A stretch of 64,000 nt of DNA from the NCBI GenBank assembly GCA_963761255.1, contig CAVXGH010000004.1:507204-571203 (forward strand), read 5' to 3'. The DNA is from an uncultured delta proteobacterium (GTDB lineage Bacteria; Desulfobacterota; Binatia; Binatales; Binataceae). Of this stretch, positions 1-10,047 are shown piece by piece. The notes under the pieces were generated by a model that was not told where the DNA came from, did no database searches, and saw nothing but the letters and a program-made list of their open reading frames with translations. The translations under genes were made by a program, and so were the position numbers. Numbering within the stretch: position 1 is the first letter of the stretch; every line of letters begins with the position of its first letter.

Positions 1-10
1 GAGATAGAAC

Positions 11-448
11 ATGGGGACAACGGTTTCGTCAATCCTGAAGCACAAAGGTCATGATGTAGTCACCGTCGCGCCCCAGCAGACCGTCACCTGGGTCGTCGAG
101 GTACTCGCCCAAAACCGGATCGGAGCTGTTCCGGTTGTCAACGAGGGAGGTCAACTCATTGGGATCATCTCCGAGCGCGACATCATCCGCGGCATGTCGA
201 AGCACGCCGAAGCGGTGCTGACACTTCCGGCACATCAATTGATGACCCGTGAGGTTAAGACCTGCACAAGCGAGGACCAACTTGTTGATATCATGGGGGT
301 GATGACGCTGCAGCGTATCCGGCATCTGCCCGTAGTTGAGAGCGGGGAACTTCACGGCATCGTTAGCATCGGTGATGTCGTGAAGCAGCGGCTGGAAGAG
401 GTCCAGTCCGAAGCGGAAGAGCTTCGGAGTTATATTCGCTCGCCGTAG
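11..448 (+). CDS. CBS domain pair protein
   Basis: 145-aa ORF with two CBS-like repeats (NRIGAVPVVNEGGQLIGIISERDI and RIRHLPVVESGELHGIVSIGDV). Confidence 0.85.
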   Translation: MGTTVSSILKHKGHDVVTVAPQQTVTWVVEVLAQNRIGAVPVVNEGGQLIGIISERDIIRGMSKHAEAVLTLPAHQLMTREVKTCTSEDQLVDIMGVMTLQRIRHLPVVESGELHGIVSIGDVVKQRLEEVQSEAEELRSYIRSP

Positions 449-571
449 CAGTGACGTTCTGAACAGAGGTCTCAGTTTCATCAAGATCGCAAGACGATCG
501 CTGCCTGATTGCGACGGCATTCGGAACGTCGTGCCGTCTGCACATCGAACTGCGAATGGCTCTACCGGGGA

Positions 572-796
572 TCACCGCGGCTGTTCAATCTTCGAGAGCT
601 CAGGCTTCCATTTCGCTTGCCGCCCGCGCTCCCATTCGATGATCCACTCGCTGACACTGCTTCGCAGACTCACAGAATCGCGACCTATCTGCTGTTGTAT
701 TTCCGCCACCGACTTTCCTTCGAGCCAAAGTCGGAATGACAATTCCTGTGTGCGTCCCCGGTCGGCATAGTCATCTCCTTCCTGAGTCGGTTTCAC
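572..796 (-). CDS. small helix-turn-helix-like protein (hypothetical)
   Basis: A GTG at 796-794 overlaps the thiD-tenA TGA stop (GTGA coupling). The segment LWLEGKSVAEIQQQIGRDSVSLRSSV looks like an HTH. The upstream part of the tracked ORF (to 901) overlaps thiD-tenA and is probably not translated. Confidence 0.3.
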   Translation of the reverse strand: MKPTQEGDDYADRGRTQELSFRLWLEGKSVAEIQQQIGRDSVSLRSSVSEWIIEWERGRQAKWKPELSKIEQPR

Positions 797-2319
797 AGGG
801 GCCAGGAGGACTGGTTCCAGGCCATTTCCCAAAACAGAAATTCGTAGCGGCTGCTGGTCAGAAAGAGCGTCTCCAAATACGCCAACTCGCGCGCGGGCCA
901 TCCAGCGGTGAGATCGTCGAGCAATGAGCCGAGCTTTTCCGCGCCGCTGATGAACTCCTGCGACGAGTAGGTTTTAATCCACTCGGCGTATTTCGGATTC
1001 GCGCCGCTGCGGCTTTCGCCTGCCAGCGTCGTCGCGATTTCCGCGTAACCGAGTTGACAGGGAAGCACCGCTGCCACGATGTCTGCGATTGAGCCGCCGT
1101 ACGCGACGGTCGGCAGATGGCGCGTGTAGCCGTGAGTGACTGGCGCTGGTGCAATCCTCTCAAGATCGCTTTCCGTAATTCCAAGCCGCCGGCAGTAGTC
1201 GCGATGCAATTGCATCTCGGTGTTGAGCGTCTCGTCGAGCAAGCGGGTAAATAGTCCAATCGTCTGGAGGTCGCGAGCTTTGGCTGCGGCAAGTGCGAAG
1301 ACTCGGGAGTATTCGACAAGAAATACATAGTCCTGCGCGAGATAGAAGCGGAAGCGATCGAACGAGAGCGTCCCGTCGGCGAGGCCGCGCACGAAGGGAT
1401 GCTTCAGTTCGCGGTCCCAAATCGGTTGCGTCTTACCGCGAATCGCACGCGTGAATGAATTTCGGGGCGCCATCGAGTGAGTCTCACTGCCTCTTTGGAT
1501 ACGCCGAGCGATGCCGGCACCGAATGGTTCAGCGGTCTCGCGCCGTGACCGATCGGGGGAGCATTCTGCAGCGCGAGGGTCACGTACCGTTTTCGCAGCG
1601 CCGATTGCATTTTCGAGAGATTCTCCCCGCGCGAGCGACGCGGCGATGGCGGCGGAAAGCGTGCAGCCCGCGCCATGAACGCGGCCGACAGCGACTCGCG
1701 CTGCGCGAAACTCGCGGAAATGGTGACCATCGTAGAGAATGTCGGTTGCATCCTGATCTTGGACGTCATTCGCGCGCAAAACGTAGGCGCTCCCGCCTTT
1801 TACCAAGGCTGCTCGCGCACCCAGAGCTACGAGCGCTCGCGCGGCATCCCTCATCGCATCGCGATTTGAAACCTCGTGGCCGGTTAGGATGCTAGCCTCG
1901 CGCAAATTTGGGGTTACGACAGTCGCCAATGGGAGCATCAAGTCACGCATCATCACGATCGCAGCGGGTTCGAGGAGGATGTCCCCACTGGCCGTGACCA
2001 TCACGGGATCGACCACTAAATTCGCGATCTGACGAATGTGTATTCGATCCGCGACGGTCCGTATTATCTCAGTACGGGAAAGCATTCCGGTTTTTGCGGC
2101 TGCGATCGTGAAGTCATCTGCGACGGCATCGATCTGCATGGCGATGAAGGCGGGATCCAAGTCAACAATTGCACTCACGGCGCGCGTATTTTGCGCGGTT
2201 AGCGCGGTGATGGCGCTGGTGCCGAAGACGGCAAACGCGGCGAAGGTCTTGAGGTCCGCCTGGATTCCCGCACCTCCGCTGGAATCCGAGCCTCCGATGG
2301 TAAGTGCTATAGCGGTCAT
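793..2319 (-). CDS. thiD: bifunctional hydroxymethylpyrimidine/phosphomethylpyrimidine kinase (ThiD) fused to TenA-type thiaminase II
   Basis: The N-terminus [24 protein letters not shown] and VVDPVMVATSGD-like core are typical ThiD. The C-terminal half ([42 protein letters not shown]) is typical TenA. Confidence 0.9.
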   Translation of the reverse strand: MTAIALTIGGSDSSGGAGIQADLKTFAAFAVFGTSAITALTAQNTRAVSAIVDLDPAFIAMQIDAVADDFTIAAAKTGMLSRTEIIRTVADRIHIRQIANLVVDPVMVTASGDILLEPAAIVMMRDLMLPLATVVTPNLREASILTGHEVSNRDAMRDAARALVALGARAALVKGGSAYVLRANDVQDQDATDILYDGHHFREFRAARVAVGRVHGAGCTLSAAIAASLARGESLENAIGAAKTVRDPRAAECSPDRSRRETAEPFGAGIARRIQRGSETHSMAPRNSFTRAIRGKTQPIWDRELKHPFVRGLADGTLSFDRFRFYLAQDYVFLVEYSRVFALAAAKARDLQTIGLFTRLLDETLNTEMQLHRDYCRRLGITESDLERIAPAPVTHGYTRHLPTVAYGGSIADIVAAVLPCQLGYAEIATTLAGESRSGANPKYAEWIKTYSSQEFISGAEKLGSLLDDLTAGWPARELAYLETLFLTSSRYEFLFWEMAWNQSSWPL

Positions 2320-2487
2320 GACGCAGGAAAGCGTAGCACGAAACCGGGTGTTTCTCCCCGAAGAGGAGGTTGCAAGACCCTGGTAGGTTCTGGGTGGATG
2401 CCGGGCGGTTCGTGTTTAACACGGCGCGCACAGACGTCTGCACCGAATCTCTTGACGAGGGATCTCAGCGGTTATAGTTCACGGCTG

Positions 2488-3043
2488 ATGGCGTGGCGGC
2501 ACGAAAGCTTGATTCCCCTTTCGCACGATCATCATGACGCCTTGCTGCTGGCGTGGCGACTGCGCACTGGCGACCTATCCAAGCGCGAGCCTGAACTGCG
2601 CGCCAGTCACGTTAGTGCATTTCGAATTTCGGCTGATCAATCATTTCAAGGTCGAAGAGGAATTGTTATTCCCCGAGTTTCGCGAAGTGTTGGGGTTGGA
2701 AGGGTCGCTGATCGAGGTGCTGCTCGGCGACCATCAGGAATTGCGGGCGCAAGCCGCCGCGATCAAGGCCGGCGCGAACGACCTGGTGGACAATTTTTGT
2801 GTCTTGCTCGAACGCCATATCCGGGCCGAGGAGCGTCAACTGTTCGTGCTGGCGCAAAATCGGATGAAGCCAACAAGGATGGCGGAGCTGGGGCGGCAGA
2901 TAAAGCTCAGCTTAAATGACGCGCGCAGCACTACAACGGGCGCAAAGTGCCAAGGGCACTCCGGCTCGCATGCCCCGCAGTCAATGCACTCGTCCGGATT
3001 TATGAAGAGCTGTTTGGGGAACATACGGTTGTCCTCGCGCTGA
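2488..3043 (+). pseudogene. hemerythrin (HHE cation-binding) domain protein, apparent frameshift
   Basis: The N-terminal part MAWRHESLIPLSHDHHDALLLAWRL is in one frame (from 2488). The core INHFKVEEELLFPEF...GDHQELR...[14 protein letters not shown] is in the next frame. Joining them needs a frame change near 2590-2610. The 3' tail overlaps the convergent ferredoxin ORF. Confidence 0.5.
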
Positions 3044-3114
3044 CAACGGTAGATGCAATCGACTGCGCATACCGACACGCAGGCGGTATCCATACAGTCG
3101 AAGCCGCGTGGCAA
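2836..3114 (-). CDS. 4Fe-4S ferredoxin-like protein
   Basis: [14 protein letters not shown] ... [19 protein letters not shown] matches the [12 protein letters not shown] cluster motif of actinobacterial-type ferredoxins. The start is a TTG. The first Cys of the N-terminal cluster lies upstream of any start codon (..[12 protein letters not shown]..), and CPVDC is replaced by CAVDC. Confidence 0.5.
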   Translation of the reverse strand: MPRGFDCMDTACVSVCAVDCIYRCQREDNRMFPKQLFINPDECIDCGACEPECPWHFAPVVVLRASFKLSFICRPSSAILVGFIRFCASTNS

Positions 3115-3241
3115 TCCAAGGCATGGCTTTTCTTTCCTCCGGATTGTAGTTGAGTGCTCCGCCGGAGCCCGCGAATGGAGCAGGCCAAGCGTCCCGCTCT
3201 ATTCACATTTCCGGCGGAGGATTTGCCAGCGCACGAAACGC

Positions 3242-5575
3242 TTATGGGGGTTCTACGCGCGCGGGCGTGCTCTTATGCCAAGGCGTGCCTGCGATCCAGT
3301 CGCGATCCTCGCTGCCCGTGAGTTCGTTGGGCCCAACGCCGGCCTGAACTCTCTGGCCGTCCCTTCCGGGAAAATCGAGACCGAGCCCGTTCGGCAAAGC
3401 GAGATGGCCGCGCTGCATACGGTCAGAAACTTGCACCAACACCTCGACACTTCCGCGGCGGGTGCTGAGTCTCGCGTGCTTTCCATCGGCGACGCCGACG
3501 CTCTCGGCGTCATCAGGGTTGATGCGCAATGCGCCGCCAGCATCCTTTCGTCGCCAATCAGGGTTGCGGATGATCGTGTTGGCGGTGAACGAACGCCGTT
3601 CGCCGGCAGAGAGCATGAACGGGTACTCCCTCGTCACAAGGGACGGAGCCGCCGTAGCAAGCGCGTCGAGTTCAGCGAACAGTTCGGGAATCGCCAAGTG
3701 CGCCTTATGGTTCGGCGTGCGCAATCGCTCGAAGCACTCGTCCCAACTGTCGATCGCGAATACCACACCGCTTTTCGCGGCCAGGATCGCGTCGAACAGG
3801 GCATCGCCGGCCTCACCCGGCTCGCCCCTGAATCCGGCGCGAGCCAGAGAAGCTCCTTGGGTTTGGGCTGCGCTTTGGCATAGCAGCCACGCCCCCGCGG
3901 CTTCTGCCAATCCTTCCGGCAGCAGATCGCCTATCGCTCGATAGAGCAGTGCTGGCGCGACCGCGATCACACGAGGATCGCTCATTGCGAGCTCGGTGAA
4001 CTTCTGCCTGAAAGACTTGCGGCCTTCCTTCCAAGCCGCGCGCAGCGCGGCAATCGGTTCAGCGGGCGACTCGCCGAGGGCTTCGAGAAGCCGACAGTGC
4101 AGTTCAGCTTCGGAGAACAGGCCCGGCAGTGGGGCCATCAGTGGCTTGCGAACATGGAAGTAGTTCTCCGGGAACTCGAAATTGAAAAAGGTGGCCTCAG
4201 CCTTCTCGAATTGGCTTGCGACGGGAAGCACATAATGCGCAAGGCGAGCGGTCTCGGTGAAAGCGACGTCGATCACTACCAGCAAGTCGAGCGACGCGAG
4301 CGCCTCACGCATGCGCGCGCTGTCTGCCACCGAATGCGCGGGGTTGCCGCTCTCGACCAGCATCGCGCGAAATCGCCTCGGATGATCAGTGAGGATCTCA
4401 TCCGGAATCACGTTACACGGCGTGAGACCTCCGATCAGGCGCGAACCTGTCACGGGAGTGCCTTTCTTTACTCCCGCGCCCTGTCGGTCATCCGACGATA
4501 TTACCTCGATTCCCGCTCCGCCCTCATGTCCGACAGTAAACGGCGCCAACATCGTCGGGATGTACGAGGATCCCTTCTTTCCAAAATTGCCAGTTAGCAG
4601 CATGAGCAGCTTGTGAAGATAAGACACGAGCGTGGAATGCCGATTCATCTGCACACCGAGATCCTCGAAGGAGGCCACACTCGAGGCCGACGCAATCCGC
4701 TTCGCGGCCTTGCGCACCAGTTCCTCTGGTACGCCACAAGCCTCGCAGTATTTCGCTATCGGCAGTTCGGCAAAGTGCGGCAACACTTCGCCCAGTCCAG
4801 TCGCATGCAGAGCGAGCCACTCGCTGGCAATGAGTTTTTCCTCCACCAGGACAGCGAGCATCGCGGCCAGCAGCCACGCGTCTGTGCCGGGTTTTACCTG
4901 AAGGTGAATATCGGCAAGTTCGGCGGTCTCGGTGCGGCGCGGATCCACCACGATAAGGCAGCGGGCAGGGTCTTTGGCGATCTCTTTCAGCGTAACGCGA
5001 GCTTGCGGGATGCTGTGCGACATCCAGGGGTTCTTACCAAGGAAAAAGGCGACCTCGCAGTTATGGAAGTCAGCTCTCGTGTAAAATCCAACCATCTTAG
5101 TCGCGACCCAGAACTCCCCCGTCTTCTCCTGGGAAAGCGCGTTCGCGCGATGTACGGAGCCGAGGACGGCGCGGGTTGTGTTGCCGTAGATAGCGGGAAA
5201 ATGGTTACCCTGGCCTCCCCCGCCGTAGTAGAAGATCGTGTTGCCGCCATACTCTTTGCGTACGGCGGAGAACCGAGCGGCCACCTCCGCGATCGCAGTC
5301 TCCCAGTCAATCTCTTCGAAGCTTCCATCACTGCGCCGGCGTAGCGGTTTCGTCAGCCGATGAGGGCCGTTCTGATAGAAGTCGAGTCGATGTGCCTTCT
5401 CGCAGGCATAGCCCTTTGAGGCGGGATGCGCATCGTCGCCGCGCACTTTCACCAAATGGCGGCCGTCTTCGCCGCCGAGTTGAACTTCGACGCCGCAGTT
5501 ACACTCGCACAGAATGCACGCGGTCGACTTCCACTCCGAGTTGGCGACACCAGAAGCGGGGAGATTAGCTGACAT
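3242..5575 (-). CDS. molybdopterin (MopB-family) oxidoreductase catalytic subunit
   Basis: N-terminal Fe-S motif CILCECNCGVEV...GYACEK, followed by a long MopB-like body. AAGGAGG lies 5 nt upstream of the ATG at 5575 (MSANLPASG), so the tracked start at 5692 is probably too long. Confidence 0.85.
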   Translation of the reverse strand: MSANLPASGVANSEWKSTACILCECNCGVEVQLGGEDGRHLVKVRGDDAHPASKGYACEKAHRLDFYQNGPHRLTKPLRRRSDGSFEEIDWETAIAEVAARFSAVRKEYGGNTIFYYGGGGQGNHFPAIYGNTTRAVLGSVHRANALSQEKTGEFWVATKMVGFYTRADFHNCEVAFFLGKNPWMSHSIPQARVTLKEIAKDPARCLIVVDPRRTETAELADIHLQVKPGTDAWLLAAMLAVLVEEKLIASEWLALHATGLGEVLPHFAELPIAKYCEACGVPEELVRKAAKRIASASSVASFEDLGVQMNRHSTLVSYLHKLLMLLTGNFGKKGSSYIPTMLAPFTVGHEGGAGIEVISSDDRQGAGVKKGTPVTGSRLIGGLTPCNVIPDEILTDHPRRFRAMLVESGNPAHSVADSARMREALASLDLLVVIDVAFTETARLAHYVLPVASQFEKAEATFFNFEFPENYFHVRKPLMAPLPGLFSEAELHCRLLEALGESPAEPIAALRAAWKEGRKSFRQKFTELAMSDPRVIAVAPALLYRAIGDLLPEGLAEAAGAWLLCQSAAQTQGASLARAGFRGEPGEAGDALFDAILAAKSGVVFAIDSWDECFERLRTPNHKAHLAIPELFAELDALATAAPSLVTREYPFMLSAGERRSFTANTIIRNPDWRRKDAGGALRINPDDAESVGVADGKHARLSTRRGSVEVLVQVSDRMQRGHLALPNGLGLDFPGRDGQRVQAGVGPNELTGSEDRDWIAGTPWHKSTPARVEPP

Positions 5576-5789
5576 TACGACCTCCTTGAGCCTGAACGTT
5601 GTTTTTCGACTGCCTGACCAGAAAAACTGGATTGTTGATTTTCTCTCAGCTGGAGCGCGGTTGAGTTTCTTGCTTGCTTGGCTGAACGTCATGACTAGCC
5701 GCCTGGAATCGAGCCTTCCGACCGTATTCAGAAGTGTTGGCGATCCTGTTCAGGAGAACGAAGGTCTGCTCCAACGTCTTGAGCGCCAG

Positions 5790-6572
5790 TCACCATCGTT
5801 CGACCCACGGTCGTAGCACCACCTCGAACGCCCAAGTCGACCGATGCTGGCGATGCAGCTGCAGATAGGTTTCCGCGATGCGGTCCGGGTCGGCCATGTT
5901 GTCGTCGACACTGGTTCCTGCCAGTCGGTGCGCGCGCGTACCGTCTTCCTGCGTCCAGCCAATCGCGGCGTCGATCGGCACATTTGCCACGTGAATACCC
6001 TGCGGCATCAGTTCTCTTGCCATGCTCTGTGCGAGTCCAGACTTGGCCTGACACGCCATCGCAAAGGCACCGCTCAAGGGGAAGCCTTTAAGGCTTGCGC
6101 TGGCGTTGGTGAAGATGATCGTTCCCTTCGCGCCGTTGGCGTTGGGTTTATTTTCGCGCATGAGTCGAGCTGCCTGCTGACCTACCAAGAATGCGCTGAA
6201 CGCTGAGTTCCGGACAGTTTCGAGCGCCAAGCTTGGGTCCGCTTCGGTAATCCCTTTGCGAAAAATGCCCTCAACCCGACCGTCAATGTTGTGCACCAGA
6301 AGGGTAGGAGTCCCAAGGTCTCGGACAACATTCTGGAACAGCAGCGCCACCGCCGCTGGTTCGCTTGCATCGCATCCGTAGCGGCGCACGCGGTGCTTCT
6401 TCTCAAGATCCTGCAGGACCGATTTGTCCGGATTCCTCGCTGCGATGGCGACACGCATGCCGTTTTTAGCGAACAGCCTGGCGCAACTGGAACTGATGCC
6501 GGGGCCGCCCCCTACTACGAGTGCAATATCCTGCACAGAAGATTGAGCGTCGCGTTCGTCGGATTGAGTCAT
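5790..6572 (-). CDS. SDR-family short-chain dehydrogenase/reductase
   Basis: Rossmann motif ALVVGGGPGISSSCARLFAKNG, typical length 260 aa. Paralogous to the next gene (shared ETYLxLxxQHRSTWxFE tail). Confidence 0.85.
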   Translation of the reverse strand: MTQSDERDAQSSVQDIALVVGGGPGISSSCARLFAKNGMRVAIAARNPDKSVLQDLEKKHRVRRYGCDASEPAAVALLFQNVVRDLGTPTLLVHNIDGRVEGIFRKGITEADPSLALETVRNSAFSAFLVGQQAARLMRENKPNANGAKGTIIFTNASASLKGFPLSGAFAMACQAKSGLAQSMARELMPQGIHVANVPIDAAIGWTQEDGTRAHRLAGTSVDDNMADPDRIAETYLQLHRQHRSTWAFEVVLRPWVERW

Positions 6573-6638
6573 GTTTTGTTTGCTCCCATATTCCGTTAAG
6601 GAGATGAGTAAGGACTCGCAGATTCGATCTCGATTTGC

Positions 6639-7403
6639 TCAGTGATTCCACCACGGACGATCGGAGAACGCCCGCAGATCGATCTCGAAGGTCCAGGTGG
6701 ATCGGTGTTGTTGAGCGAGATGGAGGTAGGTCTCCGCGATCTGCGTAGGGAGCATCAGTCCATCATGCTCGTTCCCTCGGGTTTCTCTCAGCTGTTGGAA
6801 CTTTTCCGGCCCGAGCATTTTTCCCAAAGTGTCGGGGGCATCCACGGCGCCGTCGATCACGATATGTACGACGTGGATTCCTTTCGACGCGAACTCCGCG
6901 TTGAGTGTCTGGCACAGCATTCGTCGTCCTCCCATGGCAGCCGCGTGGGAATGTTGACCACCGTTCCCACGCATCGCGGCTGTTGCCGAGGTCACGAGGA
7001 CTGTTCCTTTGCCTCGTGCTTCCATCAGTGGGCAAACGGCTGCCGCAAGACGAAACAGACCAAACGTCCCCAAGCGCCAGCCTGTTTCAAACGCCTTGAG
7101 CGAGGTGTCCTTCAATGCCCTATCGCCGATCTGGGCGCCCAAATTGTAAACCACGACTTCAATCGGGCCGATGTTGGCCTCGATGTTGGCAACCCTCTCT
7201 TCGATGGAGTCTGCCTCGATCGCATTGAGGAGAAATCCGGTTGCGGAACCTCCATCGTTCGTGATCGTGTCCACCATTCTATTCAGGCCTTCCAAGTCGC
7301 TGCGCCGACCCAGACAAGCGTGATAGCCCGCTTGCGCAAAGCGTCGTGCGACATTTCCGCCGATACCCGCACCGGCACCTATCACTAGACAAACAGGTTT
7401 CAT
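6639..7403 (-). CDS. SDR-family short-chain dehydrogenase/reductase
   Basis: CLVIGAGAGIGGNVARRFAQAGY glycine-rich motif, 254 aa. Confidence 0.85.
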   Translation of the reverse strand: MKPVCLVIGAGAGIGGNVARRFAQAGYHACLGRRSDLEGLNRMVDTITNDGGSATGFLLNAIEADSIEERVANIEANIGPIEVVVYNLGAQIGDRALKDTSLKAFETGWRLGTFGLFRLAAAVCPLMEARGKGTVLVTSATAAMRGNGGQHSHAAAMGGRRMLCQTLNAEFASKGIHVVHIVIDGAVDAPDTLGKMLGPEKFQQLRETRGNEHDGLMLPTQIAETYLHLAQQHRSTWTFEIDLRAFSDRPWWNH

Positions 7404-7548
7404 GTTCGCTCCCTCCTATGATCAAGCACAGCGCTCGATAGACTCATAAGCCGTATCTGGATCTCGTAGAATGCCCATGACCGCTCCCGAAGGCTGCTCG
7501 CCCTGGGAGTCACCGGCGTCGCATTTACGCAAGTGGACATCGGCATCG

Positions 7549-8334
7549 CTAGCGGCCTTGGAAGATGACCTTGTCACGAAACTTGCGCGGCCCATGTTCG
7601 ATCAGGCCATTAACACCCGCGCGCATGTCAGCAGTCTCGAATAGCGCAGGGGCGATCTCGTCGACCACGGCGTCGGCGGCACGGATGCCACTCTCCAGAT
7701 ACGCTCTTACGATCTTCTTGCCGGCCGCATAGGCGAGCGTTGCACCACTGGCGAGTCGCTCAGCAAAGGCTCGTGTCTCCCGCTCAAGGATTTCGTCCGG
7801 AACAACTTTGTTCACGATGTTCCATCGCTCGAACGTTGCGGCGTCGTATTGTTCGGCGGTGTAGATGATTTCGCGTGCGCGACTCGGGCCGGCCCGCTCA
7901 GCCAGACGTTGGACGCCACCCAGCAGCGTGGTCGTTCCAATCGATGCCTCGACCTGTCCGAAGCGGGCCGAAGAACCCGACCATATAAGATCGCATGCCA
8001 ATGCGAGTTCCAGTCCCGCCGCCATGCACGCCCCCTGCACGGCAGCAATGGTTGGAAACGGCAATTCCTCGAGGTCGGCGATCATTCGTAGATGGCCGGT
8101 GAAGCGCTCGCGCGCTTGGTTCGCGGTCTTGTCCTTGAAGATCGCAACATCAGCGCCGCCGGAGAAGTTTTTACCCTCGGCGCGCACCAGCAGTGCTCTC
8201 AGCGGATGCTGCCGGGCCTGGTCAACCGCCGCTCGAAGGCCTTCGATTAGTTCCTGGTCGAACAGATTTAGTGGTGGATTTGCCAGAGTAAGCATGCCGA
8301 GAGCACCAGCTGTTTCGAAACTCACCTTACCCAT
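7549..8334 (-). CDS. enoyl-CoA hydratase/isomerase (crotonase) family protein
   Basis: LTLANPPLNLFD...FSGGADV...AAVQGACMAAGLELALACD is the crotonase oxyanion-hole signature. Confidence 0.85.
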   Translation of the reverse strand: MGKVSFETAGALGMLTLANPPLNLFDQELIEGLRAAVDQARQHPLRALLVRAEGKNFSGGADVAIFKDKTANQARERFTGHLRMIADLEELPFPTIAAVQGACMAAGLELALACDLIWSGSSARFGQVEASIGTTTLLGGVQRLAERAGPSRAREIIYTAEQYDAATFERWNIVNKVVPDEILERETRAFAERLASGATLAYAAGKKIVRAYLESGIRAADAVVDEIAPALFETADMRAGVNGLIEHGPRKFRDKVIFQGR

Positions 8335-8461
8335 CGTTAGTCTCCGGTGGCTGCATTTCGTGGATCGTTGCTTCTATTTTAGAACCGACTCTTGACTAAG
8401 TTCTATTTTGGAACCTAGTATCTGTCAAGGGACAACTTCTCGCGCAGGCAGGAGCATCACG

Positions 8462-8953
8462 ATGATCCGGAAATTCAAGTTTGAGGCTGAGGTCTACGAG
8501 TCGCTTAATTGCCTTCCGATGGCGGCGCGCAGAAAGCTGGATGCAGTCGGGATTAAACTTCATCTGGCGCAATGGGAGAAGCTCGGACGCGGCGAGAGGT
8601 TGATGATCTGTCACGCTCCCGCGGATTCAGAGGACGAACAAGGTGCGCTGAGGACCTTCATCGAAGAGGTCGCGCTGGCGCGCACTAATTCTCCTGCCAA
8701 GATTCTCCCCGACGATGCGCGCCGTGCCGCGAATCCGCCCGATCATCCGCCGCAGGTGCTGGTTCAGCACGCGCGGGCTTTCGGCATCGAGCTCAACGAC
8801 ACGGCATGGGCGGCACTCGACGACGACCAGCGCTACGCCCTGATTAAACTCGGCGATTCGGAAAGGCCGAGCCATAACCTGGAGCTTGCGCTTCAGGAGT
8901 TCTTTGAAACTGGCGCGCAAGCAGAGACTTCAAGAATCGGTACCGTTGATTGA
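8462..8953 (+). CDS. nitrate reductase-associated protein-like
   Basis: FKFEAEVYESLNCLPMAARRKLDAVGIKLHLAQWEKL...RYALIKLG resembles the conserved 'nitrate reductase associated protein' family. A CAGGAG-like RBS precedes the ATG at 8462. It lies near the MopB oxidoreductase. Confidence 0.55.
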   Translation: MIRKFKFEAEVYESLNCLPMAARRKLDAVGIKLHLAQWEKLGRGERLMICHAPADSEDEQGALRTFIEEVALARTNSPAKILPDDARRAANPPDHPPQVLVQHARAFGIELNDTAWAALDDDQRYALIKLGDSERPSHNLELALQEFFETGAQAETSRIGTVD

Positions 8954-9013
8954 TTGGCGCTCAAACTGGGCCGGATCTCGCGGCGCCAATAACGAAAACA
9001 AGGAGCATGTACG

Positions 9014-9604
9014 ATGGCGGACGTGGATTTCTTCTTCGATTTTATCAGTCCCTACACTTATCTTGCCCGGACGCAACTCGATGGTATCGCCGCCCGCACC
9101 GGCGCGCGGTTCAGGATGTGGCCGATGCACATTCTCAATCTGATGAAGATCGTAGGCAATAGTCCCACAACTGTTTTGTGCAAGAACAAGCGGAACTACG
9201 CCGGCCAGGACATCGCAAGATGGTGCGCTCGCTACGAGGTTCCGTTCAAGATGAATCCGCATCTTAAGAAAGGCGATCACAGCCTCACGTTGAAGGGTGC
9301 GCTGGTTGCGCAGGAAATGAATCTTGAAGACCGATACAATGCCGCGATGTTTTCCGCGTACTGGACTGTCGCGGTGAACATTAACGACCGCGGCGAACTC
9401 GTTCGGCACCTCGAAGCCGCTGAACTGGATGGGAGCGCGATTCTGACGAACGCGGAAAGACCCGAATACGCTAAGCGCCTGGAATCCAACACACAGATCG
9501 CAGCCGATCGCGGTGCTTTCGGCTCCCCAACTTTTATCGTCGGTGACGACATTTTCTTCGGGAACGACCGGCTGGACTTCCTCGAGCAACGACTCCTTCG
9601 CTAG
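9014..9604 (+). CDS. 2-hydroxychromene-2-carboxylate isomerase / DsbA-like thioredoxin-fold protein
   Basis: VDFFFDFISPYTYLA at the N-terminus and GAFGSPTFIVGDDIFFGNDRLDFLE at the C-terminus are family hallmarks. Confidence 0.85.
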   Translation: MADVDFFFDFISPYTYLARTQLDGIAARTGARFRMWPMHILNLMKIVGNSPTTVLCKNKRNYAGQDIARWCARYEVPFKMNPHLKKGDHSLTLKGALVAQEMNLEDRYNAAMFSAYWTVAVNINDRGELVRHLEAAELDGSAILTNAERPEYAKRLESNTQIAADRGAFGSPTFIVGDDIFFGNDRLDFLEQRLLR

Positions 9605-9697
9605 GTACGCCGCCACATCGAAAGGAGTAAAGAGCGAAGTCGAAGACGTTGGAAGAGAAGACGCTGGAACAAAGACTGACAAATGGAGGTCAATAAA

Positions 9698-9992
9698 ATG
9701 GGTGTCATGGTACTTGTTGAAATGCAGGTTAAACTGGAAGCGGTGAACGAGGCGAAAGGGCTTCTGAAACAGATGCTGCCGGATACGCGCGCCTACGACG
9801 GCTGCCAGAAGCTCGATAATCTATGGCAACGTGGACGATACGGGCAATCTGGTGTTTTATGAACTGTGGCAAACGCGCGACCACCATCAGCGCTATCTCG
9901 CTTGGCGCACCCAGACCGGGGCCCTCGGCAAACTCGGCGAGAAGTTAACCGGACCACCGAAGATTCGCCACTACGACCGGGTACATGTCTGA
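9698..9992 (+). pseudogene. antibiotic-biosynthesis-monooxygenase (ABM) domain protein, frameshifted
   Basis: GGAGG RBS with ATG at 9698. MGVMVLVEMQVKLEAVNEAKGLLKQMLPDTRAYDGCQKLD stops at 9862. The rest of the domain (IYGNVDDTGNLVFYELWQTRDHHQRYLAWRTQTGALGKL...HYDRVHV*) continues in the next frame from about 9819 to 9992. Neither piece is in the ORF track. Confidence 0.6.
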
Positions 9993-10047
9993 ACGCAGCC
10001 GCTCCGGCTGCATCACTCACACTAGGTAGAAACAAAAGATTAATGCA

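Noticed and set aside
2320-2500. Possible TPP riboswitch upstream of thiD-tenA (minus strand). A CTGAGA and a GGGGA/ACCC pair are present.
   Set aside because: The elements are in the wrong order and spacing for the THI-box, and the conserved GAACCUGAUC...GGNUAAU...GCG.AGGGA arm is absent. Part of the region is coding sequence of the opposite-strand hemerythrin gene.
5576-5789. Possible Moco riboswitch in the leader of the molybdopterin oxidoreductase.
   Set aside because: I could not recognise the conserved Moco-motif core by eye. Only a generic CGGAAGGCUCG stretch is present. A covariance-model search would be needed for any claim.
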